In this document: piece after piece, positions 37,216 to 47,127 of the stretch | Layout of the letters: each line of letters begins with the position of its first letter | How positions within the stretch are numbered: the stretch's first letter is position 1 | Source of the DNA: Desulfomonilia bacterium | GTDB lineage: Bacteria > Desulfobacterota > Desulfomonilia > UBA1062 | NCBI GenBank assembly: GCA_963664325.2 | Contig: CAXXDQ010000003.1 | Location: 1,024,001-1,088,000 of the forward strand | Reading direction: 5' to 3' | DNA: 64,000 nt | Notes under the pieces: model-generated | The model's input: only the letters and a program-made list of their open reading frames with translations | Databases searched by the model: none | What the model was told of the DNA's origin: nothing | Made by a program: the position numbers and the translations under genes

Positions 37216-39318
37216 TTATAATCCGAATGCGTGGCCGTTAACCGTTTCGCCGTTGTACACCACCGAGGTTGTACCTGTTTGCGGTTCCTGATTTGAGATA
37301 GGAATGGAAATATTCGAGAACTTGCCGGCGAAATTGCCTGTGAATGCTAACGAACCTGTTAAAGTGCCGTTGCCGCTCATGTTGATCGAACCGCTGATAG
37401 TGCCATTCATGATCATTTTTCTGGTTCCGCTGCAGTCGATTGTGCCTGGAGGATTAATGTAGTTCTGCGAATCAACATAATTGTTAAACGCCACTGTAAG
37501 TAGTCCGCCCAGGCCCTGCATGGCGACTGTAAAACGGACACTCCCGTCTCCGCATGGATCATAGTAGCTCTCATCCGTACCCAGGCCCGGGCTCGGGTTC
37601 TGGAGCATGACCCTTGTCAGAGGGTTACCTGCTGTAATCTTCGCGACATTAAAGAATTCCTCCAGCGTATAATCCATGCGGCCCTGGTCATAGTTGCTCA
37701 GGTTGCTGTCGTTGTACAGGGGCGATGTGCTTAAGGCCTTGACCTTGAAATACCTGTAATTCTTGAAAGCGCTCAGGATCGGGCGCGCAACCAATTCATA
37801 AGCGTCAATGGCGGCTATTGTTAGTGGTGAGGGAAGGGGCGGAAGATTGAGCGTTTGAGTCTGCATTACATCATAGGATGTGGAAGGGGCGTCGACTGAG
37901 CCTGCGATCGTATAGGTTCCATCAGGGGTGTCGGAGCTGTATATGTTATAGGATGTCGCGTTAGGCACCGCGTTCCATGTGACCCTGATTCTGTCGTTGA
38001 GGTTGTGGTTGAGCAGGGGGTTGGTGACCGAGGTAAGCACGACATCCGAGGCCTGCACATTCTGCGGAGTAGGAAGCTGCTCCGCGCACGCCCCGCTGGA
38101 AAGAACAAGCTGGACCGTCGATCCGGGCGGCACCAGCGTGCCCGGTGCCGGGAGCTGGCTGATCACACCGCCTGCAGGAACAGTATTGCTGCAGGTCGTA
38201 CTAGTGCTGCAGACAAGGCCTGCGGCCGTCACGTCATTGCAGTTCGCAGCGTTCGGTACAGGCACCTGGCACGGTCCGGTCGAAAGTATCAGGTTGACTG
38301 TGGCACCGTAGGACAGGCCCGTTCCGGCCGGCGGGCTCAAGCCGATAAATCCGCCCTGGGGAACCGTATTGCTGCAGTAAAGCACCGTGTTGCAATGAAG
38401 GCCGGCGGCCTCGATCTCCTCGCAGGTCGTGACATCGGGTACTGTGGCTCCGCATAACCCGGTCGATATACCAAGCTGAATAGTGGAACCCCGCAGCACC
38501 ATGGTGCCAGGCTCCGGCGACTGGGTTACTACTGAACCTACGGGTACGGTATTGCTGCAGACCCTGGTCCGGCTGCAGACAAAGCCGGCCTGCTCGACGT
38601 CCTCGCAGCTCGTGACTATAGGCACAGGGACTTCTACTGTGCACGGCCCGGTTGAGATCACGAGGCTGACCGTTGTGCCAGGCTGAACCATGGTTCCGGC
38701 AGCCGGGGTCTGTCTGATCACCATGCCGACCGGTACCGATGGACTGCAGCTCTGTGTGGCGTCGCATACAAGTCCTGCAGCTTCAATACTGGCGCAGCCT
38801 AAAGCAGCCGGGACTTCGACCTCGTTCGAGCAGATGCCGCTTGAAAGCGTGAGCGTCACTGTGGCGCCTGCAGGAATGAAAAGGCCAGCTTCCGGGGCCT
38901 GGCTTATCACCGAGCCCTTGGGCGCCGTATCACTGCAGTTCTGCACAAGTGAGCACGCAAGGCCCGCGTTCACTATGTCATCGCAGCCCGTGGCGGAGGG
39001 TACCGCGGAGGGGGGAAGCTTCACAATGACGGTCCAGGCGCGCTCCACGGAAGAAGAGGCAAATGTGTTTCTCACCTTGACCGCGTAGGTCCCCAGGCCG
39101 TAGGTCAGACTTTTAAAAGTAAAGCCTGCTCCGGTCTCCCCGGTTACTGCGGCATCGTTTACATACCACTGGTAGGTCCCGAGCCCTGTGACCTTGAACG
39201 CCTGATTGTTGCCCCATGTCAGAGGAATGGTCCCCTCGGGCGGCGTGGTTGAAAAAATACACCCCGCCAAAACCAGAAGCGGTATCATGACCAGAAAGAG
39301 CTTTATATTCAGCTTCAT
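37216..39318 (-). CDS. Cys-rich PASTA-repeat lipoprotein (copy 2)
   Basis: Lipobox LAGC; same architecture as 32142..34244. Confidence 0.88.
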   Translation of the reverse strand: MKLNIKLFLVMIPLLVLAGCIFSTTPPEGTIPLTWGNNQAFKVTGLGTYQWYVNDAAVTGETGAGFTFKSLTYGLGTYAVKVRNTFASSSVERAWTVIVKLPPSAVPSATGCDDIVNAGLACSLVQNCSDTAPKGSVISQAPEAGLFIPAGATVTLTLSSGICSNEVEVPAALGCASIEAAGLVCDATQSCSPSVPVGMVIRQTPAAGTMVQPGTTVSLVISTGPCTVEVPVPIVTSCEDVEQAGFVCSRTRVCSNTVPVGSVVTQSPEPGTMVLRGSTIQLGISTGLCGATVPDVTTCEEIEAAGLHCNTVLYCSNTVPQGGFIGLSPPAGTGLSYGATVNLILSTGPCQVPVPNAANCNDVTAAGLVCSTSTTCSNTVPAGGVISQLPAPGTLVPPGSTVQLVLSSGACAEQLPTPQNVQASDVVLTSVTNPLLNHNLNDRIRVTWNAVPNATSYNIYSSDTPDGTYTIAGSVDAPSTSYDVMQTQTLNLPPLPSPLTIAAIDAYELVARPILSAFKNYRYFKVKALSTSPLYNDSNLSNYDQGRMDYTLEEFFNVAKITAGNPLTRVMLQNPSPGLGTDESYYDPCGDGSVRFTVAMQGLGGLLTVAFNNYVDSQNYINPPGTIDCSGTRKMIMNGTISGSINMSGNGTLTGSLAFTGNFAGKFSNISIPISNQEPQTGTTSVVYNGETVNGHAFGL
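38012..39303. repeat. About 1.29 kb direct repeat, copy A (copy B at 43078..44369)
   Basis: Constant offset of 5066 bp. Translations in the main and alternative frames are identical between copies. Confidence 0.88.
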
Positions 39319-39384
39319 GCATTACCCCCGTTGTTTAATAATAACACATTATCAGCAGGCCTTTTTCAGAGGCTGTTTTAAGAA

Positions 39385-39418
39385 GGGGAGGGCAGGCCGG
39401 AGATGCCTGTCCTTCCCC
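39385..39418 (-). terminator. Intergenic GC hairpin
   Basis: GGGGAGGGCAGGC...GCCTGTCCTTCCCC; weak T tract. Confidence 0.55.
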
Positions 39419-39436
39419 ATGCTTTTTATATTAATC

Positions 39437-41899
39437 CTAATCCCAGTAGTTGATCACAATGTTGTCGAGGTAAGAGCCATCCACCAATAAATACTGATAA
39501 TGTCTGAAGTAGATGTTCGTGTTGACAACCTGGTCAATGTTTACAGTGTAATTATCCTGCCATGTATTGTTTCCCGCTATGAAAGGCAGGGCGCAGAAGA
39601 GGGCGTTGTCTTTATAGAAGGACATGTCAAGGTTGGCTATGTTTCCGGCCCATCCCTTCTGTGAAAATACTACTGTCGTGACGTAGGTAGGGGTTGAGAA
39701 TGTCTTTGTAAGATTGCACCAGTTATCACCGCCTCCGAATGTACCGCCTGCGACCTTGAACTGCCAGCCGCCATGGATACCGCCTTCGTTGTCGTTTATA
39801 ACCCCTATGGTACCCCATCCTCCGAAGTTGTTGTTTTGTGTCTTCACCCAGCCGCCTTCATAACCTCCGGACTCGAAGTTTGCAGAAATCGTAGCGGCAG
39901 AGGTTGTAAGGGTGAGAGAATCGATGCTGCTGTTTTCCGTTCCGTCGTTCACGACCAGGTTAATTACATAGGAGCCCGGCTTATCGAGCGTAATGATAGG
40001 GTTCACAATGGATGAATTGTTGAAGGAAGCTGAGCTGCCTGACGGTTTGTTGGTGAGGGTCCAGGCATAGGTCAGCGGGTCGCTGTCTAGATCGGAACTT
40101 ACATTGCCGTTCAGCTGGACAAAGCGGCCTGCATAATGGACGGTCTGATTTGCACCGGCCTCGGCAACGGGCGGGTTGTTTAGTGAGTTGATCTGAAGCG
40201 TATCGGTGTTGCTGTATGCCTCACCGTCGTACACAACGTAGCTCAGTATATAGTTGCCCTTTTTATCAGGCGTGAAGGTCGGATTTGTGATGAATCGGTT
40301 GGAGAGTGCGGCCGTGCTGCCTGACGGGGCTGAAACAATCGTCCATGTATAAGTCAGCGGGTCGTTGTCGATGTCTGTGCCGATTCCGTTGAGCTGTACC
40401 AGATGTTTATTGAGTATGTTGACATCGCTGCCAGCCTCAGCCACAGGCACATGGTTGGTGGTTGTGACAGTCACGGTATCGGGCACGCTTGGAAGGTTCT
40501 CATTATCTTTGACAATGAGGCTGAACGTATACACTCCCTTCTTATCCGGTGTAAATGTCGGATTTGCAATAGTGGCATTGGAGAGCGTGGCTGTACTTAA
40601 GGGCGGAGCTGTTTCAATCGTCCACTCATAGGTCACGGGGTCGCCGTCAGGATCGGTCCCGATGCCGTTAAGATGTGCCGTCTGCGTGAACGGGATGACA
40701 ATGGGATCGCCGGCCTCGGCAACCGGCACGTGGTTGGAGTATGTCAGGGCCACCGTGTCTTCAGCGGTCAGGTCCCCGTCGCTTACGACCAGTTTGATAA
40801 CATAACCGCCCTTCTTGTCCGGAGTGAAATCCGGGTTGACGATGGAGTTATCGGACAGCATGGCTGTGCTGCCGTCGGGTCTGTTTATGACAGACCATGA
40901 ATAGGTCAGCACCGTGCCGTCGGGGTCTATGCTCAGGCTGCCGTCGAGATGGGCCGTGCCTCCGAGTTCAGAAATGGTGATATCATTGCCTGCATTTGCA
41001 ACGGGTGCGGTGTTATAGACTGTTATGTTGATCCAGTCGACGCCGCTGTCGAATGTGCCGTCGTTCACGACCAGCCTTATGACGTAAAGGCCCTTCTTGT
41101 CGGGCATGAAGTTTGGTGTCATGGTGTTGGAACCGTTAAGAACTGCTCCGCTGCCGGGAGGAGCGGTGTCGATTCCCCATGTGTAAGTCAGGCTGTGGTG
41201 CTCAGGATCGAAGCTGGCGCTGCCGTCGAGATGGACAAGATTACCGAACACGACGTTCTGGTCAGGGCCTGCGTCGGCCGTGGGCGGGAGGAAATCCGAA
41301 TAGGCGTTGATGACTACCGCGTCGCTGGCGCTGTTGGACTCGCCGTCGTTCACAATCAGGCGGATTGTGTAGGCGCCTTCGATATCGGGGGTAAAACTGG
41401 GGTTGACAGCGTAGGGGTCGTCAAGGGCTGCATTGCTGCCGGACGGTCTTCCAACCATGGTCCAGAGGTAGAGCAGCGGCTGGGATTCAGGGTCTGAACT
41501 GGCGCTGCCGTCGAGATAGGCGACATTGCCGAAGTACAGGTTCTGGTCAGGGCCAGCGTTTGCAATCGGCGGGAGGTTGTAGTAGACGTTGACGGTCCAC
41601 TCCTTTACCAGCGTTTTGCCGCTGAGCAGGTCCTTTGTCTGCACCTTGAAGATGTTTATGCCGTTGTCGCCGGCTTCTGCATAGTAGGTGTAGGACGAGC
41701 CGGAGGCCCCTCCGATGAGAATGTTGTTTTTGTACCATTCATAAGGGCCGTTCAGGAAACCGGAAACCGTGAATGCCTGCGAGTTGCCCACCTTAAGTGT
41801 TATAGGTGTGGCAGTGTTGGGATTGGTGCTTAAAATACATCCGCTGAAACCAGCAAGAATAACAAAAACTAGGAACGTCAGAATTAAATTTCGCTTCAT
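39437..41899 (-). CDS. Lipoprotein with 6 PKD-like repeats and variable tip
   Basis: ATG after GGAGG; lipobox FSGC; six repeats; ends DNIVINYWD. Confidence 0.9.
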   Translation of the reverse strand: MKRNLILTFLVFVILAGFSGCILSTNPNTATPITLKVGNSQAFTVSGFLNGPYEWYKNNILIGGASGSSYTYYAEAGDNGINIFKVQTKDLLSGKTLVKEWTVNVYYNLPPIANAGPDQNLYFGNVAYLDGSASSDPESQPLLYLWTMVGRPSGSNAALDDPYAVNPSFTPDIEGAYTIRLIVNDGESNSASDAVVINAYSDFLPPTADAGPDQNVVFGNLVHLDGSASFDPEHHSLTYTWGIDTAPPGSGAVLNGSNTMTPNFMPDKKGLYVIRLVVNDGTFDSGVDWINITVYNTAPVANAGNDITISELGGTAHLDGSLSIDPDGTVLTYSWSVINRPDGSTAMLSDNSIVNPDFTPDKKGGYVIKLVVSDGDLTAEDTVALTYSNHVPVAEAGDPIVIPFTQTAHLNGIGTDPDGDPVTYEWTIETAPPLSTATLSNATIANPTFTPDKKGVYTFSLIVKDNENLPSVPDTVTVTTTNHVPVAEAGSDVNILNKHLVQLNGIGTDIDNDPLTYTWTIVSAPSGSTAALSNRFITNPTFTPDKKGNYILSYVVYDGEAYSNTDTLQINSLNNPPVAEAGANQTVHYAGRFVQLNGNVSSDLDSDPLTYAWTLTNKPSGSSASFNNSSIVNPIITLDKPGSYVINLVVNDGTENSSIDSLTLTTSAATISANFESGGYEGGWVKTQNNNFGGWGTIGVINDNEGGIHGGWQFKVAGGTFGGGDNWCNLTKTFSTPTYVTTVVFSQKGWAGNIANLDMSFYKDNALFCALPFIAGNNTWQDNYTVNIDQVVNTNIYFRHYQYLLVDGSYLDNIVINYWD

Positions 41900-42231
41900 T
41901 GATTCCTCCTCCAATTATTAATTGTTTGCAACCCTGAAGGGCTGCATTCATTACTCCATCTGCACATCATAAATCATTTCAATGATGAAAATATAACAAT
42001 GATGCTTAAAAAAGTATAACTATTTTACAGAAAATATACAAGTGTCATGCCATTTCAGAATGATATTATTTTTGGAATTCTATCAATGTGTTAGGAAAAA
42101 TGCTATTTGTCAGGTCCTGCAAGTCCTTTGACTTAAGTGGAAATATATTTCCCATTTTGGATACTTCGATTCCCAATATCCTATATGAGAATATTTTATC
42201 AGCTCATCAGTTATAAGCTAACTTTCAGGGC

Positions 42232-42263
42232 AAAAAGGAAACCCCTCGGTAAAGGGGTTTCCT
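42232..42263 (-). terminator. Rho-independent terminator
   Basis: AAAAAGGAAACCCCT-CGGTAA-AGGGGTTTCCT after the stop at 42270. Confidence 0.82.
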
Positions 42264-42269
42264 GCTGAT

Positions 42270-44384
42270 TCACATTCCAATGTTGAAATATAAAACGTGG
42301 TTTGCAACTTCCTCGCCGTTGTACCTGACACAAACTGTTCCGGGTTGAATGGTCTTGTTTGAAACAGGCAGGTTGATATTTGTGTATGTGCCTGAATAAT
42401 TACCCGTGTAGGCCACCGAGCCGGTAACGGTTCCGCTGAAGCTCAAACTTACAGATGCCGATATCGTGCCGTTTATAATGATTCTCCTGTTCCCTGTGCA
42501 GTCAACGGCGTGTGTTACTGAATTGTATATCATGGAATCCACATAATTCGTGAAAACCAGCTTTGCGAGCCCGCCGAGGCCTTGCAGGGCGACGGTGAAA
42601 TGCACATTCCCGTCACCGCACAGGTCATAGTAGGTCTCGTCCAGGCCTATGTTCGGATTCGGGTCCTGGAGCGCAACCCGTGCCAGCGGAGCCCCTAGAA
42701 CGAGTACCCCGATATTGAAAAATTCCTCCAGGGTGTAATCCATGCGGCCCTGGTCATAGTTGCTCAGATTGCTGTCGCTGTACAGGGGCGATGTACTGCA
42801 GGCCTTGACCTTGTAGTACTTGAAGTTCTTAAAGTCGTTAATGATCGGCCGCGCTTCAAGTTCATATGCGTCGATGGCGGCGGTATTGAGTGAAGACGGC
42901 AATGCCGGCAGTACCAGCACCTCAGTCTGCATGTCGTCATATGTGGTCGCGGGTGCATTTACCGAACCTGCCAGGGTGTATGTGCCGGTAGGCGTATCCG
43001 AGCGGTAGATCTCGTATTTACCCGCATTTGCCACCGCATTCCATGTGACCCTCACCTTATTGTTGAAGTTGTGGTTAAGCAGGGGGTTGGTGACCGAGGT
43101 AAGCACGACATCCGAGGCCTGCACATTCTGCGGAGTAGGAAGCTGCTCCGCGCACGCCCCGCTGGAAAGAACAAGCTGGACCGTCGATCCGGGCGGCACC
43201 AGCGTGCCCGGTGCCGGGAGCTGGCTGATCACACCGCCTGCAGGAACAGTATTGCTGCAGGTCGTACTAGTGCTGCAGACAAGGCCTGCGGCCGTCACGT
43301 CATTGCAGTTCGCAGCGTTCGGTACAGGCACCTGGCACGGTCCGGTCGAAAGTATCAGGTTGACTGTGGCACCGTAGGACAGGCCCGTTCCGGCCGGCGG
43401 GCTCAAGCCGATAAATCCGCCCTGGGGAACCGTATTGCTGCAGTAAAGCACCGTGTTGCAATGAAGGCCGGCGGCCTCGATCTCCTCGCAGGTCGTGACA
43501 TCGGGTACTGTGGCTCCGCATAACCCGGTCGATATACCAAGCTGAATAGTGGAACCCCGCAGCACCATGGTGCCAGGCTCCGGCGACTGGGTTACTACTG
43601 AACCTACGGGTACGGTATTGCTGCAGACCCTGGTCCGGCTGCAGACAAAGCCGGCCTGCTCGACGTCCTCGCAGCTCGTGACTATAGGCACAGGGACTTC
43701 TACTGTGCACGGCCCGGTTGAGATCACGAGGCTGACCGTTGTGCCAGGCTGAACCATGGTTCCGGCAGCCGGGGTCTGTCTGATCACCATGCCGACCGGT
43801 ACCGATGGACTGCAGCTCTGTGTGGCGTCGCATACAAGTCCTGCAGCTTCAATACTGGCGCAGCCTAAAGCAGCCGGGACTTCGACCTCGTTCGAGCAGA
43901 TGCCGCTTGAAAGCGTGAGCGTCACTGTGGCGCCTGCAGGAATGAAAAGGCCAGCTTCCGGGGCCTGGCTTATCACCGAGCCCTTGGGCGCCGTATCACT
44001 GCAGTTCTGCACAAGTGAGCACGCAAGGCCCGCGTTCACTATGTCATCGCAGCCCGTGGCGGAGGGTACCGCGGAGGGGGGAAGCTTCACAATGACGGTC
44101 CAGGCGCGCTCCACGGAAGAAGAGGCAAATGTGTTTCTCACCTTGACCGCGTAGGTCCCCAGGCCGTAGGTCAGACTTTTAAAAGTAAAGCCTGCTCCGG
44201 TCTCCCCGGTTACTGCGGCATCGTTTACATACCACTGGTAGGTCCCGAGCCCTGTGACCTTGAACGCCTGATTGTTGCCCCATGTCAGAGGAATGGTCCC
44301 CTCGGGCGGCGTGGTTGAAAAAATACACCCCGCCAAAACCAGAAGCGGTATCATGACCAGAAAGAGCTTCATGTTTCGCTGCAT
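42270..44384 (-). CDS. Cys-rich PASTA-repeat lipoprotein (copy 3)
   Basis: RBS AAGGAG; lipobox LAGC; N-terminal about 435 aa equal to copy 2, C-terminal part diverged. Confidence 0.88.
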   Translation of the reverse strand: MQRNMKLFLVMIPLLVLAGCIFSTTPPEGTIPLTWGNNQAFKVTGLGTYQWYVNDAAVTGETGAGFTFKSLTYGLGTYAVKVRNTFASSSVERAWTVIVKLPPSAVPSATGCDDIVNAGLACSLVQNCSDTAPKGSVISQAPEAGLFIPAGATVTLTLSSGICSNEVEVPAALGCASIEAAGLVCDATQSCSPSVPVGMVIRQTPAAGTMVQPGTTVSLVISTGPCTVEVPVPIVTSCEDVEQAGFVCSRTRVCSNTVPVGSVVTQSPEPGTMVLRGSTIQLGISTGLCGATVPDVTTCEEIEAAGLHCNTVLYCSNTVPQGGFIGLSPPAGTGLSYGATVNLILSTGPCQVPVPNAANCNDVTAAGLVCSTSTTCSNTVPAGGVISQLPAPGTLVPPGSTVQLVLSSGACAEQLPTPQNVQASDVVLTSVTNPLLNHNFNNKVRVTWNAVANAGKYEIYRSDTPTGTYTLAGSVNAPATTYDDMQTEVLVLPALPSSLNTAAIDAYELEARPIINDFKNFKYYKVKACSTSPLYSDSNLSNYDQGRMDYTLEEFFNIGVLVLGAPLARVALQDPNPNIGLDETYYDLCGDGNVHFTVALQGLGGLAKLVFTNYVDSMIYNSVTHAVDCTGNRRIIINGTISASVSLSFSGTVTGSVAYTGNYSGTYTNINLPVSNKTIQPGTVCVRYNGEEVANHVLYFNIGM
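43078..44369. repeat. About 1.29 kb direct repeat, copy B
   Basis: Matches 38012..39303. Confidence 0.88.
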
Positions 44385-44495
44385 ATTCTTTCTCCTTTTA
44401 ATTTAATTCTCCCCGGGGATTTCTTATCCGGCCCCGGCGTGTAACTATAAACTGGAGGGAGGACTGTTTGCCCTCCCCCGGTTAGCCGGTAGTTT

Positions 44496-46967
44496 TTAAT
44501 CCCAGATTACATACGTGATGTCATCGAAGAACATCTCGTCAGCGCCTGAGTATATGTAGTCGTAGCCGGCAAAAGCGAGAGTTGTAACATACCGGTCAAC
44601 GGCATACGGTGTTGTAGAATTCTCCCCTCTGTAGGCCCAGGTGTTTTTTGCAAAAGTGGGGGGATCATCGGGGCCGATCTCTTTGAATACTGCACCGTCC
44701 AGCAGGAGCTTGGTGTTGATGTTGGAACCACCAAAGATATTCGGGTACCAGTTCAGCCACAGGCCCACCGAGATCATATAGGCATTGACCGGGGTGGTCA
44801 CTATGGTCGTATTGGATGAACCGGAACTCAAGTTGGAGTGGATGTCATAGGAATGGCTAGCGCTGTTATATCTGTCAGTGGAGATTCTCCTGTCCACGTT
44901 GCCGATTGCAGTTGTAACGGACCAGGTCCCCATTCCGCTCTCCCAGTCCTGGATGATCGTAGCCTGCGACGTGGTCAGCGTAACCGTGTCGATGCCGCTG
45001 TTTTCCGTTCCGTCGTTCACGACCAGATTGATCACATAGGAGCCCGGCTTGTCGAGGGTGATGGTCGGATTCATGACGGTCGAGCTGGAAAGTGCGGCGG
45101 AGCTTCCGACCGGCTTGCTGGTAAGTGTCCAGGCATAGGTAAGCGGGTCACCGTCAATGTCAGAGCTTCCGTTCCCGTTAACCTGGGCCATGCGATTGGC
45201 ATAGTGGACGGTCTGATTTGAACCGGCCTCGGAAACAGGTGCGTTGTTGGTTGAATTGATCTGGACCGTATCGGCGTTGCTGTTCACCGTGCCGTCATTC
45301 ACCACCAGGCTCAGTACGTAGTTGCCCTTCTTGTCCGGTGTGAAGGTCGGATTCGCGATGGACGGGTTGGAAACTCCTGCCGAGCTGCCCGCCGGGGCTG
45401 AAACGACGGCCCAGGTAAAGGTCAGGGTATCTCCGTCGATATCGGAACCGCTGCCGTTAAGCTGTGCCGAGTGGTGTGAGAGAATGTTTATGTCGTTGCC
45501 TGCGTTCGCAACCGGTGCATTGTTTGTGGTCGTGAGCGTTACCGTGTCCGGTGCGCTTGCGAGGTTTTCATTATCCTTGACGATCAGGCTGAACGTGTAT
45601 GTGCCTTTCTTGTCGGATGTGAAATACGGATTTTGGATGTTGGCATCGGAAAGTGCCGCCGTGCTTCCTGACGGGGCTGACTCAATTGTCCACGCATAGG
45701 TGAGGGGATCGTTGTCCGGGTCGGTCCCGCTGCCGTTCAGCTGTGCCGTCTGGGTGTAGGGGATGCTCATCGGTGCCCCGGCTTCGGCCACAGGCACATG
45801 GTTGGAGCAGGTTATCTGCACAGTATCTTCAGCGGTGAGGTCGCCGTCGCTTACGATAAGCTTGAGGATATATGCCCCTTTCTTGTCAGGCGTGAATGTC
45901 GGGTTGACGATGGAGTCGTCGGACAGCATGGCTATGCTCCCGCCGGGCCTTGACGTTACCGACCATGAGTAAGTCAGCGCCGTGCCGTCGGGGTCCGTGC
46001 TCAGGCTGCCGTCGAGATGGGCCATAGCCCCGAAGTCCGATACCGTGATGTCATTGCCTGCGTTTGCAACTGGTGCGGTATTATAGACTGTTACGTTGAT
46101 CCAGTCGACGCCGCTGTCGAAAGTACCGTCGTTCACGACCAGCCTTATGACGTAAAGGCCCTTCTTGTCGGGCGTGAAGCTTGGTGTCATGCTGTGGATA
46201 TTGTCAAGCACCGCTGAACTGCCGGCCGGGGCGGTGTCGATTCCCCATGTGAAGGACAGGCCGTGATGCTCTGGGTCGCTGCTGGCGCTGCCATCGAGAG
46301 TGACCTGATTGCCGAACACGACGTTCTGGTCAGCCCCTGCATCGGCCGTTGGCGGGAGGAAATCCGAATAGACGTTGATTACTACCGCATCACTGGCGCT
46401 GTTGGATTCGCCGTCGTTAACAATCAGGCGGATTGTGTAGGCGCCTTCGATATCTGGAGTAAAGCCCGGGTTGACAGCGTAGGGGTCGTCAAGGGCTGCA
46501 TTGCTGCCGGACGGTCTTCCAACCATGGTCCAGAGGTAGACCAGCGAATGGGACTCAGGGTCTGAGCTGGCGCTGCCGTCCAGGGATACGTCGTTGCCGA
46601 AATACACGTTCTGGTCAGGGCCTGCATTGGCAATCGGCGGCAGGTTGTAGTAGACTTCCACAGTCCACTCTTTTACCAGCGTCTTGCCGTTGAGCAGGTC
46701 CTTGGTCTGCACCTTGAAGGTGTTTGTGCCCTTGTCGCCGGCCTCGGCGTAGTATGTGTAGGATGCGCCGGAGGCCCCGCCAATAACCGTGCCGTTCTTG
46801 TACCATTCATACGGGCCGTTCAGCATGCCCGAGACCTTGAACGTCTGGGAGACGCCCACCTTTATTGTGATCGGAGAACCGGTTGAAGGAGTGGTACTCA
46901 TGATGCAGCCACTCAACCAAAGGGCCATGATGGAAAATATGGCCAACAGCATTGCATTTTTTCTCAT
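44496..46967 (-). CDS. Lipoprotein with 6 PKD-like repeats and variable tip
   Basis: ATG after AGGAGG; lipobox LSGC; ends DDITYVIWD. Confidence 0.9.
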   Translation of the reverse strand: MRKNAMLLAIFSIMALWLSGCIMSTTPSTGSPITIKVGVSQTFKVSGMLNGPYEWYKNGTVIGGASGASYTYYAEAGDKGTNTFKVQTKDLLNGKTLVKEWTVEVYYNLPPIANAGPDQNVYFGNDVSLDGSASSDPESHSLVYLWTMVGRPSGSNAALDDPYAVNPGFTPDIEGAYTIRLIVNDGESNSASDAVVINVYSDFLPPTADAGADQNVVFGNQVTLDGSASSDPEHHGLSFTWGIDTAPAGSSAVLDNIHSMTPSFTPDKKGLYVIRLVVNDGTFDSGVDWINVTVYNTAPVANAGNDITVSDFGAMAHLDGSLSTDPDGTALTYSWSVTSRPGGSIAMLSDDSIVNPTFTPDKKGAYILKLIVSDGDLTAEDTVQITCSNHVPVAEAGAPMSIPYTQTAQLNGSGTDPDNDPLTYAWTIESAPSGSTAALSDANIQNPYFTSDKKGTYTFSLIVKDNENLASAPDTVTLTTTNNAPVANAGNDINILSHHSAQLNGSGSDIDGDTLTFTWAVVSAPAGSSAGVSNPSIANPTFTPDKKGNYVLSLVVNDGTVNSNADTVQINSTNNAPVSEAGSNQTVHYANRMAQVNGNGSSDIDGDPLTYAWTLTSKPVGSSAALSSSTVMNPTITLDKPGSYVINLVVNDGTENSGIDTVTLTTSQATIIQDWESGMGTWSVTTAIGNVDRRISTDRYNSASHSYDIHSNLSSGSSNTTIVTTPVNAYMISVGLWLNWYPNIFGGSNINTKLLLDGAVFKEIGPDDPPTFAKNTWAYRGENSTTPYAVDRYVTTLAFAGYDYIYSGADEMFFDDITYVIWD

Positions 46968-47083
46968 TGTTTCCTCCTGCATTTTATTTTGCATGCGGCC
47001 CTTGCGGCCGTATACCGTTATTTTTAAAAAACCCTGACTTCTTTATTTCCTATCATAAATTCCGTCTTCCTGCAGTTAAAACT

Positions 47084-47110
47084 TGGAGGAAGGCCAAGGG
47101 CCTTCCTCCA
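47084..47110 (-). terminator. Intergenic hairpin / putative terminator
   Basis: TGGAGGAAGGCC-AAG-GGCCTTCCTCCA perfect 12 bp stem followed by AGTTTT on the minus strand. Confidence 0.7.
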
Positions 47111-47127
47111 GTGTTGCTGAACCTCTC

